Under the pieces are notes generated by a model. That model saw only the letters and a program-made list of their open reading frames with translations. It was not told the origin of the DNA and did not search any database. Made by a program: the position numbers and the translations under genes. Below, one piece after another: positions 1 through 12,589 of a stretch of DNA of 64,000 nucleotides; position 1 is the first letter of the stretch, and every line of letters starts with the position of its first letter. Source of the DNA: Lophium mytilinum (Eukaryota); contig MU004185.1 in NCBI GenBank assembly GCA_010093605.1, forward strand, positions 827,334-891,333. The letters are read 5' to 3'.

Positions 1-1082
1 TCCCGCAGAGGGTGGTTGTATGGAAATGTACACGCCGCATCACGGACTCTTAGGTACCGTGCTGCGAGAGGGTCCAAATTTCTGGAATAGAATTCGTAGA
101 AGTCACCGTTCGCGTCAATCAAAACGTTTGATTGCAGAGGCTCTTCGGTGGTGGTATCGTATCGGAGGGCGTCGTGGGCAAAATTGTCAAAAACCTCGAG
201 AGCGAGGAAAAAGCATGGCGAAGGGACATATGTGTCCCAGTCGAATATCGAACGGTTGATGATGTCAACCTTGTCTGAGTGGCCGCGAGCGTATGCTGAC
301 CGGCGAAGACCTTGGGCCTGTATAGAGGCGAGCGAGGTAGATATTTCTATCACCTTGAACTTAGTTCGCTCGTAAACCTCAGGATGAAGATCCCGAATGA
401 AGTCCAAGATATTCAGCATCAGTGTCCCGTTGCCAGCGCCCATCTCATATATCGTCAGATCGTGATAGGGATACGAAGAAAGCTTGTAGTTGGTGACAAG
501 ATGCCGAGCGATAGCTTCACCATAATACGGCCGGAAAAGTTCAGTGGGAGTGTGCCACAGCTGTCTCGTCTCATTCTCCTCTTTTGCGTCCAAGGCATCC
601 TCAAAGGCAGTATAGCGCTCTCCAAGTAGGCGGTGGAATTCCTTTTCGTTCTGCATCGCCCCAAAGTTGAAGGGCTCCCCGGGAGAGAAGATGACAACCT
701 GTTTCGAGAAGTAGCCGTAGTGAGGATTGTACAAACTATCTATCAGACGGTCAGTCACAGCCTTAACAAAAGACGCTATAGATTAACCTTCGATAAAATC
801 TCGAAGAAGCATCTTCACTCGTTTTGGCCGCTCTCTTCTCGACTTCAGGTTCTCGGCCGTGACCATGGGATATCGCCGGTATTCCTCAGACTTGTCCAGA
901 GGAAACAGATCTGTCCTCTGCTGCCATTTGCTCTCCTTTGTGTCTCCAATGCTAGCTGAGGCGAGGCCTCGACGGGAAGCGCGTGGCAGGTGTGAATGGG
1001 CGGGCATGCGTCGTGCTATGCAATGCGCAGCGCGGTGAGAAAACAGCTGTCGGAAAAGCTGGGCAACGACGGGCGATTCCAT
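1..1082 (-). CDS. NDUFAF7: Mitochondrial protein-arginine methyltransferase, NDUFAF7/MidA family (3' end runs off the window)
   Basis: Exon 1 [10 protein letters not shown]...[10 protein letters not shown], a short intron (~786-740), then [13 protein letters not shown]...[17 protein letters not shown]...[17 protein letters not shown] (SAM-binding motif). Arg-rich N-terminus resembles a mitochondrial presequence. Confidence 0.85.
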
Positions 1083-1283
1083 GACTGCCCCGGGCAGATT
1101 GCAGCTGTTTGTGCGACTAATTTGGCCGTGGCATTGGAGGGCGGCTTTGGATGATGAAAGGTGGTTGAGACTCGCAACTCGAAGCTCCGCACCAGGTGAA
1201 GAGGCCCGTGACAAGCGAACGATAGAATACCTTCTTCACCACCACACATCGCCACTATGCCAACATGAAATCTGACGTCAAAT

Positions 1284-2940
1284 ATGGACAATCGGGCGAG
1301 GCTGTATCTAGCAGGGGCATTCGCTCTAGGTGTCCTGCTTACGTTGGGATATAAAGACCTTTACCCCGATCTCGAGCGACGTTTTCGTTCCCGCCGGCGA
1401 AAGAGGAGAGTTTACAAAGATTCAGAAAATATTGCTACGGCCTCTGATCATGTCGTTCTGAGAGACCTCTCAAATGATTCCTCTCCGCATCTTCCAGAAG
1501 GTGAGATCCGGGAGGGAATTGAAGGCTGTATTGGAAATACGCCACTGATCAAGATCAAATCCTTGTCTGATGCCACCGGCTGTGAGATTCTAGCCAAAGC
1601 AGAGGTACCTATTCTTTTTAAGTGTCAAAAGGCCGTAGGCTCACTCCACTTAAGTTCTTGAACGGAGCTGGCAACAGCCCAAAGGACAGAGTGGCACTCA
1701 ATATCATAAAAGTGGTAGGTTCTCTTGCCTCACAAGGGTATAGGTGGTGCTGATCAGGTACCGTAAAAGGCAGAGGAAGAAGGGCTTTTGACGCCAGACT
1801 CTGGAGACATGATTTACGAAGGAACAGTTGGAAGCACCGGTAATTACTTTCATCAACACATTATCTTTCCTACTGCTATACAGACTTACTTCAGCGCTAG
1901 TACCAATGAAAACACAAAGTAACACCGTTGTAGGAATATCTTTGGCTGCTATCTGTAGAGCTAGAGGCTACCTGGCTCATATGTATGCCTCAATGTCCTT
2001 TCCCCCAAGTTTATATGCTCATACAACATCCTAGATGCATGCCAAATGACCAAGCCACGGAAAAGTCCGATCTGCTTCTAAAGCTGGGTGCCGAAGTTGA
2101 AAGATTGCGGCCAGCACCGATAGTCGACCAGAACCAATTCGTTAACATGGCACGCCATAGAGCTGCAGAGCATACAGCAGACCCGAATCGCCCAGGTCGC
2201 GGTATCTTTGCAGATCAATTCGAGACCGAGGCAAATTGGGAGGCTCACTTCAACGGAACGGGACCGGAAATCTTCAGGCAGACAGGAGGAAAACTTGACG
2301 CCTTCGTGATAGGTGCTGGAACGGGAGGCACAATCTCTGGTGTTGCTAGATTCCTGAAGCCAAGGCTCCCAGAGCTGAAGGTGGTCCTAGCAGACCCACC
2401 AGGGAGTGGTCTTTACAACAAAGTCAAGTTCGGCGTCATGTTTGACCCGAAAGAAAGAGAGGGCACGAGGAGGCGCCATCAAGTCGACACTGTCGTTGAA
2501 GGCATCGGAATCAACAGGCTTACGAACAATTTCGAAGTCGGAAGAGCACTGATAGACGATGCTGTCAGGGTGACAGATGAGCAAGCGATTGCTATGGCAA
2601 GATGGCTTGTAGAAAAGGACGGTATATTTATCGGCAGCAGTAGCGCCGTGAACTGTGAGTCGACCTTCCAGAGCATATCGCTCGTACGATACAGATAATG
2701 ACAGGTTGAGTAGGCGTTGCCGCGACCAAGGTAGCCCAACAGCTTGGACCTGGCCATCGAGTCGTCACTATATTATGTGATAGGTATGTCTGCTCTGTTG
2801 TCCAATTTTTCGTGGATTGGAATTCTCACTACTACACCAGTGGCGCCCGGCATCTCAGCAAATTCTGGGCTCGGGCTGGCCCAATAGGCGGGGAGGATGA
2901 GCTGTCTTTGACGGACATCTTGAACCCGAAGGCCCCGTGA
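1284..2940 (+). CDS. Cysteine synthase-like PLP enzyme with N-terminal membrane anchor (7 exons)
   Basis: IGNTPLIKIKSLS, KAEFLNGAGNSPKDRVAL (PLP lysine), EGTVGSTGIS, GAGTGGTISG, EGIG and GSSSAVN motifs join across six GT-AG introns; TGA at 2938-2940. Confidence 0.92.
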
Positions 2941-3856
2941 GTGTTGATATCATGCTCCAAATCACCACGACCGAATCGTTGGCCGAAAAATGTAACAGAT
3001 TCAAGTTGCTACTTCTGAGTTGCCGATTCTTGAATGGCCTCTGCTTCCCGAAGGGCAGTCATTTGGAATACTAAAAATACTATGGGGCTCCTCATGCAGC
3101 GGTAAACGAGTGTAGGGATTTCTATCACGAAGCCTCGTAACAGGTGAGGGCAGATCTCTACTAAGACGGCAGTCAAGGATATTTGAAACTGCAACTAAGC
3201 TGAAATCCTATAAGAGGCAAGCTTTATCAAATATGAAGTGGTGGTGTATTCTGGCACTGTCTGAGGTGGCCCGTATAGCTATTAGGCGTGTCGAGATTCT
3301 AATTTTCGAATTCCAAATAACATACCAGGGAACCTCAAACAGTGTCAGGCAACATATGTTCCTTTCAAATATTGACTTTTCTATACATCATTCCTAGAAC
3401 TCATGAGCATGTTCACGGCGAGTCAATGCAATCTTAGACACGCTTGATCAATGTGTAGACCCAACCACTCCGACCGTATTCGGTCGTGCAGGCCCGCCGT
3501 AAACAAAGGAAGCAAGCTGGAACTTCTCAAATGTCCATTCCTTTGTCCTGTCATCCAGTCAACAATCACAGAACAATCGGACAAGGCATCCACAAAGGCT
3601 TTGTTTTCCACAAAAAAAAACCTGTTTGCCCCTGTCCCTCTTAAATATGTCTTCCCAAACTCAGCTCGCCGCGCAGGACCTGTGCCGGAACACTGCGCTC
3701 CCGTATCGAACCTGTTCTGAGAAACGACATTCTGACGGAGCTCAAATTGTCCCTTTAGAATATACACAGGCAGATTTTAGCAGAGCTGCTGAAATCCGAA
3801 CCCTAAACTCGTATCTGCCTTGCTCCAGTGTATCCTCCCGCATCTGATAACTCGCC

Positions 3857-4321
3857 ATGTCCCCCGCCGCCCGCTCTCCAGCCCTCGCCTCCAAAATCGC
3901 AACCATGCGGCTCAAAATCTGCCCCATAGTGAGCGTAATGTGCGGCCAAGCATCCGAGCACTTTCCCGGCACAATGCTAGAGTTCTGGCTGCTAACAGAG
4001 GCGCAATTGGACGGCATGGCGCACTTTTACAGTCAAAGCACGCCAGACGAGTTCACGAATCTATACCCACGGCCGATGAAATGGGACAAGGACTTCCTTT
4101 CTACGGCTACCCCGAAAGCGATGAGCTCGCGCGAGAAACGGTATCGGCTGAATATACAGGACCGGATGGCTATCAAGCGGAGGAAGTTTGCGAAGTTCAT
4201 TGGGATGAGGGGCTGTGAGACGCCGGGGTGGGAAGTTAGGGCCCATTTGAGGGCGCTAGAGAGTCGGATTATGCGGATAGTGGAGGAAGAAGAGCGGACT
4301 TTGAAGCGGAAGAGGTGCTAG
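3857..4321 (+). CDS. Conserved fungal hypothetical protein (154 aa)
   Basis: Single-exon ORF. HFPGTMLEFWLLTEAQLDGMAHFYSQSTP and KRRKFAKFIGMRGCETP resemble a small protein family I recall from Pezizomycotina; function unknown. Confidence 0.7.
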   Translation: MSPAARSPALASKIATMRLKICPIVSVMCGQASEHFPGTMLEFWLLTEAQLDGMAHFYSQSTPDEFTNLYPRPMKWDKDFLSTATPKAMSSREKRYRLNIQDRMAIKRRKFAKFIGMRGCETPGWEVRAHLRALESRIMRIVEEEERTLKRKRC

Positions 4322-4489
4322 CCCTTGAAGCTGCAAGAATGGCGTTCAACAGCATCACGGGGATCACTTGCGAATAAAGATTCTACCAGGGGGCGCCACT
4401 GTGGACAACGAATTCCACGTACGCTTGTAGGTACGCAAAACGTAATATTGTGCAAATCCAAACTTAGATAAGAAATGCTACGCAGGCTT

Positions 4490-7056
4490 CTATCTACCTC
4501 CTTTCCCTTTCCTAGCTCTTCGCTCCCGCTCATATGCATTTTTCTCCTTGCCCTCCTCGCCTTGGATCTCCGCCACCAGCCGCTTGTACTTAACCTCATA
4601 TGCACGATCCCTCTCCTTCTTCTCGCGTAATTGCTCACGTGCAATGAAATTCGCGTCCTTCCGTAGTTCCCGCATGGCACCTTTCCGCTCCTTCTTGTAC
4701 TCAGCCTGCAGCTTGTTGGCGGCAGCGCGATCCGTGTCCGGGTCGTAATGACGGTCTGGGTTGAACCCTTCTTCGAACTTGGGAACTGAGGTCTTGATGG
4801 GAAGTGGACGGTGGTGGTGCAATTCGAGAGGGCGACGGGCGAGGCGGGACTGTTGCAAGAGGATCTGCAAGCGCTGTAATGCTTTAGGTTGCTTGAGATC
4901 TTTGACAACAGCGAGAAGTTCTGGGGAGAAGATTTCGAGAAAGGCGGATTTGGAGGCCCAGAGGTCGGCGGCTGCGGTGAGATTCTTGATGTGAAGGTCG
5001 AGGAGATCCGAGGTCGCGAATGGAGATTTCAAAGCAACCGTGGTATATCGCATTAGCTCGGGAATGTACCGTTTAGAGAGTCGTTGGTGTTGAAGGCAAA
5101 GTGCACCTATATAAGCTCCGGTGGTTAGATCTTTGGCATTTCGAGGCGTCGACATTCCAAGCCATCGCGCCATCAAAGTGATTGCCGGAGTCACTACTTG
5201 GTGGAAGTGATCAGAAGTTGGGTAGACGGTTGAAATAGCCGTAAGGATTGTAAGATCTCCCGGTGACGGTTCGTTTGACGTGTGCAACTGCTGGAGGTGG
5301 GAGCGGAAAGCTCTCGCAATTTGTTCGGGAAAGGTTCTCGACAGAGAGTGTATATGTCGTATGATAGTCTCTAACAGCGCAAGTGACGGTGCAGTTGTCT
5401 GAGATGAGAGATAGACAGTGTAGTCGACCAGTACGATAGCAAAATTCGCGAGCTTCGCCTTGTTTTCGTGGTGTAGCTGGGGGTGATATAGGGCGCGGAT
5501 CCTTTGGATGACCACTGGGATATCCGACGTAGCTACTCCATCTAATATTCGGAGGAGTTCTGTTTGTGATTGAGGGCATGGGTATGTGAACGCCAATTTG
5601 GATGTCTGTGCGCCAGTTCCAGGTGCGGAAGATATATGCCCGTTGCCATTAGGAAGCACATCCCTTAGAAACTCGTCGTCTAAGTCTTGAGTCTTATCTG
5701 CCACGTTCTCCTCGTCATCGCTGTCGTTGGAAGACTCGTCGTCGAATTCAGAATCGCTCGCTACAAGATCATCATCAAGAACGAAGTCGTCCTCATCGTC
5801 CACGCCGTCCGGTCTACTCGTATTTTGGGCTGCGGACAACCCAAATTCTGCCGCGTCATCTCCTGATTCGTACTCCTCCTCGTCGTCTTCCATATTCTCT
5901 TCGACGAGAGGCGCCTCATCTTCTGTTGGCTCACCCCTCATTCGTCGAACCCGCTGCTCTTCGAGTTTCTTCAATCGCGTTGCCTCTTCTTCTGCCTTTT
6001 CCTCTTCAGTCTTGATTCTTTCTGTAGGCTTGGCCTTCTGATCGTAGAGAAGCTGTCGAACTCGCGCGTCATATTCCTTATCCGCGACTTCCCTCTCCTT
6101 TCCATTCAGGAGGGCTGCACGATCAGGGTTTATTGCAAAATCGTTTGCCTTCTTTGGTTCTTCTGGAGCTGCCTTGGGTTGCGGTTTGTTGAGATGTCCT
6201 CTAAGGGCCGCAAGAATACTGGGAAGGTCCTTATCCAGCTCTTCTCGAAGGTCGTCATCATCCTCCTTGGCTTGTTGCCGCTCGTACTTGTGGAGTTTTG
6301 ACTTTGCCATCACCTCCTTCATAACCTCTGCTTTTGTCTTCTTCCTCTCGGGCTTGCCCACATCACCCTCACCGTCCTCTTCACCAAGTTCTTCTGCAGA
6401 GTCTCGCCTCCTTTTGAGCGACCGCACGTCCTGCCCCTCCTCGTCGCTCGACGCCTCGACGCTTGCAGCATCGTAATCCTCTACTTCTCTCTCCCTAATG
6501 CCGAGGTCAAGTGCCCGGCCACCATGAGTCAGCTCTTCCTCATCTTCTGCTTCTTCAAGGTCGAAGATTGATGCGCCTTTCCTCCTCTGGTTCTCTCGTG
6601 TGTACCGTTCGATCATTTTATCTTCCACGCTCATCGTTGGGTCGTTTTCGCCTATGCGCCGATCCAGAATTCCGCCGACTTTGTTCCGCCTATTCATCTC
6701 AGGGAGAAGGGTTTTCCTTCGCTACAGTCTCGAGGTCAGACATTGAAATATGCCGGGAAGAGAAAGCCATTTCATACCGTTTCCTCTCCAAGACTTTTTG
6801 ACACGCCCGGCCTGCCCACGGCATTCTTCTTGTCTGGGCGACTTGTCGTAACATCGAACTTCTTCGGTCTGGCGGGAGTCTTGTATTCGAAGGGATTGAA
6901 GCTCTCGCGAATCTGGGCGAGAGCAGCAGTGCGGCGCGCCTTTTGCTCGGGGTTTCCTCCGGCATTGCTCTTCTTCTGCTTCTTGGACTTCTGCGGGCCA
7001 GTGATACCCTGCTCTCGCAAGGACGCCTTGAGGCGCTTCAGCTGGGAGGGCGGCAT
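4490..7056 (-). CDS. NOP14: Nucleolar protein Nop14 (40S biogenesis)
   Basis: MPPSQLKRLK...NPFE...KFDV exon, intron ~6777-6722, then a 735-aa frame with GGILDRRIGE, KTKAEVMKEVMAKSK, PKFEEGFNPDRHYDPD and ERKGAMRELRKDANF. Confidence 0.95.
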
Positions 7057-7177
7057 TGCGGGGTCGTATTGGATCAATTTCGCGGCGAGCAAAAGTGTGA
7101 AGAGGTCGACAATGCCAAGAGTTCCGAGAATTTACGCAGGGATTGCACGGATCCCAAATCCCGGCCCCACTCAGAGG

Positions 7178-7185
7178 TCACGTGA
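7178..7185. promoter_or_regulatory. TCACGTGA E-box in NOP14 divergent promoter
   Basis: 122 bp upstream of the NOP14 ATG; same core at 17535, 41389 and 53943. Confidence 0.45.
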
Positions 7186-7294
7186 ATATGCCACCAACTT
7201 GTGTGCAAGCAACGACTACCAGGCATCCTTCATCATCCACCGCCGAAGTGTTCCATGGGTTTCTCCGCAAGTACACTCCCGTCACCATGACATT

Positions 7295-8126
7295 ATGGCT
7301 TCGACGATAAACGATCGCTGGTTATGGCTCGGCCTAGGTAGTTTAAATCATGCTGTATATTCTGTGCCTCACGTTAACCTTCGCCAGGCGTGCTCACTTT
7401 CGTCGCCTTCAAGGGCGTAGCCCATGGCCTCCGCGAGGTTACGAGGCTATCAGAAACCGTGGAGCATCCACGGTCTAAAAAGGCTCCGCCACCCACTTCA
7501 GAGAATGGTAATTGACTGTCATTATCGACTTGATTGAGTCCTTTGCTGAGTTAAGTCGAAAGCCATCAAAACCGAGTCTCTCGAAACACTCGCGCTCTGC
7601 TCAAATGTGGATATTCGAAAGGCGTACGTTGTCGCCTCGCTTATTGAACACCTCCATAGCAGCTAAACATTTTGTACACAGGGCAACCGACCTTCTCTGC
7701 AACCGCTTAGTGAACAACAAGGACGCTCATAGGCTCCTCGCTAAAGACTTCCACAGCGGAGATCCTGAACGTGTAGCACGAGTCCATAAGTGCTTATTGA
7801 TGCTTCAGGATCACGAATTATACATTGATCTCTGCGACCCGGACAATCCTCGCATTGAGACAATGCATCAAGTTCGCCTTCAGCAGTCCAGGACAGCAGG
7901 AAGAATGCTACGGACTCGTCAATTGAGCGACACTGCATTAGAACTAGCGGCGCTACGCCGGCGTCGTCGCGAGGCTATGGTGCTCAATGAGGGAGACCGC
8001 CCCGTTTCTCAAGAGGATATCATTCAAGGCGGGGGAGGAATGAGCGATGAGGATGTACGAGTGGCGGAGCAAGCTCTTGAAACGCTCTCACGCAGGGATC
8101 GTGAATTTGATTTCCCAGAAGCCTAG
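7295..8126 (+). CDS. Fungal hypothetical protein with N-terminal hydrophobic segment (multi-exon; internal junctions uncertain)
   Basis: MASTINDRWLWLGLG|gtagtt intron, then VLTFVAFKGVAHGLREV; last exon contains RRRRREAMVLNEGDRPVSQEDII. Divergent from NOP14. Confidence 0.6.
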
Positions 8127-8426
8127 TCAACACATGAGACCGATTGGAGGTACTGGATTAGGACGATTAGTACGACAGCAACGAGGAATTGGCACTTGTA
8201 ATAATAGCAACATGATACCCAATGAATCATTATCTTCAATGCGAGTACTTCAATGATTGGTTGCATACATGTAGGAAAATCCTCAACTTTTGTATATTCT
8301 AAATATAATTGCGGGGGTCTCGCTAGTGAGCATATCAAGGACCTCTCTCGATGTTTAGGCACCAACCAACTCCACAACAACAAAACCACAAACACTAAAC
8401 CACAACCCATCCACAACTGGAAGACC

Positions 8427-9086
8427 ATGGCAAACCCACCCAACCACCCCAGCCCCAGTCCTCAACCCTGCTCCAACCTCCCCCTCCCCACCGAACTCCG
8501 CTTCTCAATCCTCCAACACGTCCTCCAGCACCACGACAACATCCAAATCAGCAACTTCGTAGCCGACCGCATAGCATACGAGAAACGCTACCGGCGCCTC
8601 CTCTCTCTCGCCGCCGTCTCCAAAGAATTCCGCGTAGACGCCTTCACCGTCTTCGCCTCTACCAACGTCTTCGAAGCCACCGGCGGCCTCAGCCTCACGC
8701 ACCTACTGAAAACCCTATCCCCGCTCGGCCGCGCGAATCTCGTCCATCTCAAAGTCGTGTTCCCCGCGGCCCTTGGGCTCATTGATGTGAGGGAGTTGAA
8801 GGCCGCGATTCCGATGCTGGCGGCCGAGTGTCCGAAGGTGAAGCTGACGTTGAGTCTGCATGCGACGTATCTAAGGAGGCTGAGTGGGCCGCATGTTGGC
8901 CAGAGTACGAGGCGGGCTGCCGCCGGTGTGGGGCATATTAGCCGCACGCCTGGGGCGTTGTTGTTGAAGCAGCTGGCGGGTTTTAAGGGGACGGAGCTGG
9001 TGTGGTGCTATGAGGCGAGAGACCTGACGCACGGGAAGTTCAGGAGAGAGGCGGAGGTGTGGCTTGCGGATGGTCAGGAGACGTGA
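8427..9086 (+). CDS. Hypothetical protein with F-box-like N-terminal motif
   Basis: ATG in accATGg context, LPLPTELRFSILQHVL motif, strong codon bias, 219 aa. Confidence 0.65.
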   Translation: MANPPNHPSPSPQPCSNLPLPTELRFSILQHVLQHHDNIQISNFVADRIAYEKRYRRLLSLAAVSKEFRVDAFTVFASTNVFEATGGLSLTHLLKTLSPLGRANLVHLKVVFPAALGLIDVRELKAAIPMLAAECPKVKLTLSLHATYLRRLSGPHVGQSTRRAAAGVGHISRTPGALLLKQLAGFKGTELVWCYEARDLTHGKFRREAEVWLADGQET

Positions 9087-9314
9087 GGGTTGCTTGTGGA
9101 CTTTTACTGTCTCGTTTGTCTAGGGCCGGAGGTATGGTTGTGACGGATTCCTGAACCATGACAGGTAATGAGTATGTTTAAGCAAATGGCATTGCTCTTG
9201 TTTCAGAAGAGCACAAAGCGTAGTAGTTTCGGAAATGGCAATTTACTTTAGCAGCAATGGTAGCAATCCCAGTCCTGCCAACTTTGGCAAAATACGCAAG
9301 TATTAGCATGTATC

Positions 9315-9355
9315 CTAAGTCCTTGTCTAAGTCCTTGTCTAAGTCCTTGTCTAAG
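9315..9355. repeat. 12-bp tandem repeat (CTAAGTCCTTGT x3.4)
   Basis: Read directly; intergenic. Confidence 0.9.
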
Positions 9356-9490
9356 ACTACATAACGCTTCTCAACCACTTTGAACGGAGAGAACATGGGC
9401 CCTAAGAAACAATCGTTTTCAGCCATCAATTCATCTATCCAAACCAGCCTTTACATCCATCCCATAACGCCCATTCTACCTCGCCCCTGC

Positions 9491-10766
9491 CTATACAGGT
9501 TCATACACCCTTGACGGCCTTCGGCCCCTCTCCGACGACTCAGAAACATCATACTCCGCATCATTCGAAACCGCTACATTCTTCGACGATTTATTCCTCG
9601 AAGACCGCCCGTCCGCACCCTCTTCCAAAAGCTCGAAATCCGTACGCACGCGGATCTCAGTGCGGGAGTTCGCCTCAGTCTTCTGGTCAGATGACAGTGC
9701 TGATCGGAACCGGCTCGAAAATGTAGCTATGAGAGGGCGTATGGCGGCGAGTGAGATAGCTGTAAGGCCGATTCCGGGCTCGATGATGGACCAGAGGACT
9801 ATGCCGCCGATGCCGTTGGCTTGCGGATGTCAGCTTTGTGCGATGTGGGTAAAGGAATAAGAGGCTACTTACGCTCGGGGTCTTTGGTAGGCTGGGTGAA
9901 GATGACGATGGAGCTGATGCGGAGGAGAGTTGCGATGCTCGCTCTGAGGCATGTTAGTCTGGTCGACGCCCTAAAAAGACATGTATGAGAGATACGTACG
10001 CTATCCCTAAAGCCAGAATACCTGATACCAGCGTCTTCTTCCAGAAGCTCATGTTGAGCTTCCATACGATGGCGATGGGAAGGATGCCGAAGACCCAATC
10101 AGTCAAGGCATTGACAGCGGAGAGCACGTACGCTGCGCCGCCAGCGATACGTGGGTCACGGCAGTTCTTATCTTGAGCCAAGGTTGTCCAAAAGAGATAC
10201 CTATTCGAAATGAATGCTGGTCACATAGAGGTGTGTGGTTCGAGCGACTTACGTGGGCGTGCACTCGAGAAGCAGAAAGAAGAAATAGAATATACCGACA
10301 ATGGCAGTCACAATCATGCAGACATAGATTGTGATCCTATACCTTTTGGTGGGTGCGAATCGAAGTAATGTATAGCCGATTGACACTTTCAGTATCGAGA
10401 TGGTGATGAGGTAGACAAGAGTTGAGAGCAGGAACCACTTGAGCTGCGCAACTTGCACCCATACTGGTGTACTATGAGGGAGAAAGTCGCCTAAGCCGTA
10501 ACGTGTGCCCTGGATAGCGAAGGCTGCGAATATCGTAAATGATACCTACATCCGAACACGTCAGTGAGACATTTGGCGTTGCGATGAGACAGATTGCTGC
10601 CTTGATGAAGACTTACTAGGGACACCGCAGCTAGGTAGTCGTCCGTAGCGAGGCTGTTCAGCATAAACTTTCGTACATATATACGACCGACAGTTGAAAT
10701 CCACGTCAAAATCAGGAACAGCACTGAAACCGCAAGTAGGCTCTGAGAGCTCCCACCAAGATTCAT
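9491..10766 (-). CDS. PTH11-like integral membrane protein (fungal rhodopsin domain, no CFEM)
   Basis: Multi-exon: RIYVRKFMLNSLATDDYL, SILKVSIGYTLLRF, NALTDWVFGILPIAIVWKLNMSFWKK and WSIIEPGIGLTAISLAAIRPL; TAG at 9493-9491. Confidence 0.85.
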
Positions 10767-12589
10767 TGTGCTGGCCTTGGTATAAAGATAATATCAATGA
10801 TTGATTTCTCGCATACGACGAGGAAGTGTACAGTTACAGTGAAGTGCCGCAGGGTTCGTATTCGGGAGCAAACGAGGAGGGATTTGTATCCATGGCGACG
10901 GTCCTGATCTACGTAAGGGACGGGTTTAGGTAAAGCGCAGCACGAGCCTCAGAATCGGGAGAGTGAGTTGGACGGCTTGCCATAGCGTGACAATTGTGAA
11001 TGGCCCCCTTGGGTGGGGGGTTTCAAGCGGACCGTTAGAGCCAGGGCGAGACGGCTAATATGCACAGCCTATCCTCACGGCACACAGCGGACTCCTCGAT
11101 TGGGGAGGTGGCCCGGCATGCTTCAAACCGGATTCTTGAAGCAGAGATTCACACTCCAAAACGTCGAGATCTAGAGCACTGATTTTACCGTGCTGTTATG
11201 TCAGTCTTGCGAAGCCGCTGTTGAGTCGTGACATTTTGCGGATTATACACCCAATGCTGGGTTCTTAGACCCACACGGAGGCCATCTGGTCATTGATTCG
11301 GCGGGTGTATCCCGCCACAGCGGCCTGGGAGGTGTGGTGGCCGTTGGGCGAGGAGAGATGCTGGTCCGCGGTTCTAGCGTGCCAGCCCGAACTTCCCGCC
11401 TCCTTCGAGAAGGCTTCCACAAGCCTTCTAGATGCATTCTCGTGCTGATCACCCCAAAAAGCAAAGACGGAAATAGCCGCGTCACGAGGAGCCGCTTGAC
11501 GTGTAAGTTAGCTGCAGATGCACTAAGAATGCCGGGATTCTTCCCGGAAAGATGCAGATAATGGTAGCACGCATTTCCGTGGTTATCTAGGTGTTCGGGT
11601 ACCGGGTGAGAGCAAATACCATGAACCAAATCGGAACAGACGCCAAGGCGGTCCCACAAAGCGTCGTTGGAGGTCGGAGTAGGCGCCGCGGAGGTTGTAT
11701 GGGTGAAGGCCTTCAGAGTTCGAGGAAGGCCATGCGGCCCGCCAGCTTGGCAATCCTGTCTCAAAACAGACACACATCCTAAGCCGACAAGCCACCGAAG
11801 GCGAAGGGCTACACTTGTTGTGGGTGGTGAAGGACGCAGGAGGCATGAGGTCTAACGGTGGCTGTGGGAACACCCAGATCTAACCGAAATCGCATCGAAC
11901 CCTCCGCTGGGGCTCCACTATGATCGCCACGAGGTCTGCATTGCGGTGCAAGGAACACCCTCAAGGTTTGACGGCTGGCACTGGGCCCCGGGGCTGCATG
12001 CGTCGTCTTGCGTCGTCCAGCCCGCTGTCGTTTCTTCACGAATGGAGCTTAACAGATCCAATGATGGCCAGACCGAATATGGCAGGTCCCAGTTTCTTGC
12101 ACTAACGGTGGCGCCTCGTGCCGCGCGGGCTCGGCTGAGCCTCATGTTCCCGAAGCCTGATTGGCTGCTTCAGATGACTTCGATACACGGAAAACACTGC
12201 TGGTGCTTTTGAGGGTTTTCCCTTCAACTTTTGATAAATAATTTCGGGGGCTATTCCGCCTCCGCTATCGCGGCGATTCACGATGTAATAAGCTAGTCAC
12301 GAGAGATCATTATGCTGTGTCGAGAATTATACAAGCATTAAAGTATTCAATTTTGGCTGCGTTCCTCATTACCCAGACATATTACTCTGTGCATATTTGT
12401 ATGTACCTGTATGCCAGCCAATGAGAAGATCACGCTGAAAAGCATCGCAGTGACAAAAAGAGACTAAAAGTATGCAACAATACTAAAATTACAGAGAAGG
12501 GAATTTTCGAGTCAACTCTCATACCAAGCAAAGAAATCATGGGTATCTCGACCCCTAATAGTACTGTCTGTTGCATCTCCAAATTGTTC

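Noticed and set aside
10920..12300. Telomerase RNA or RNase MRP candidate (AATGGAGCTTA at ~12041 resembles MRP CR-V)
   Set aside because: No TAACCCTAA-type template on either strand and no matching GAAAG-type CR-I to form P4; kept only as a generic low-score finding.
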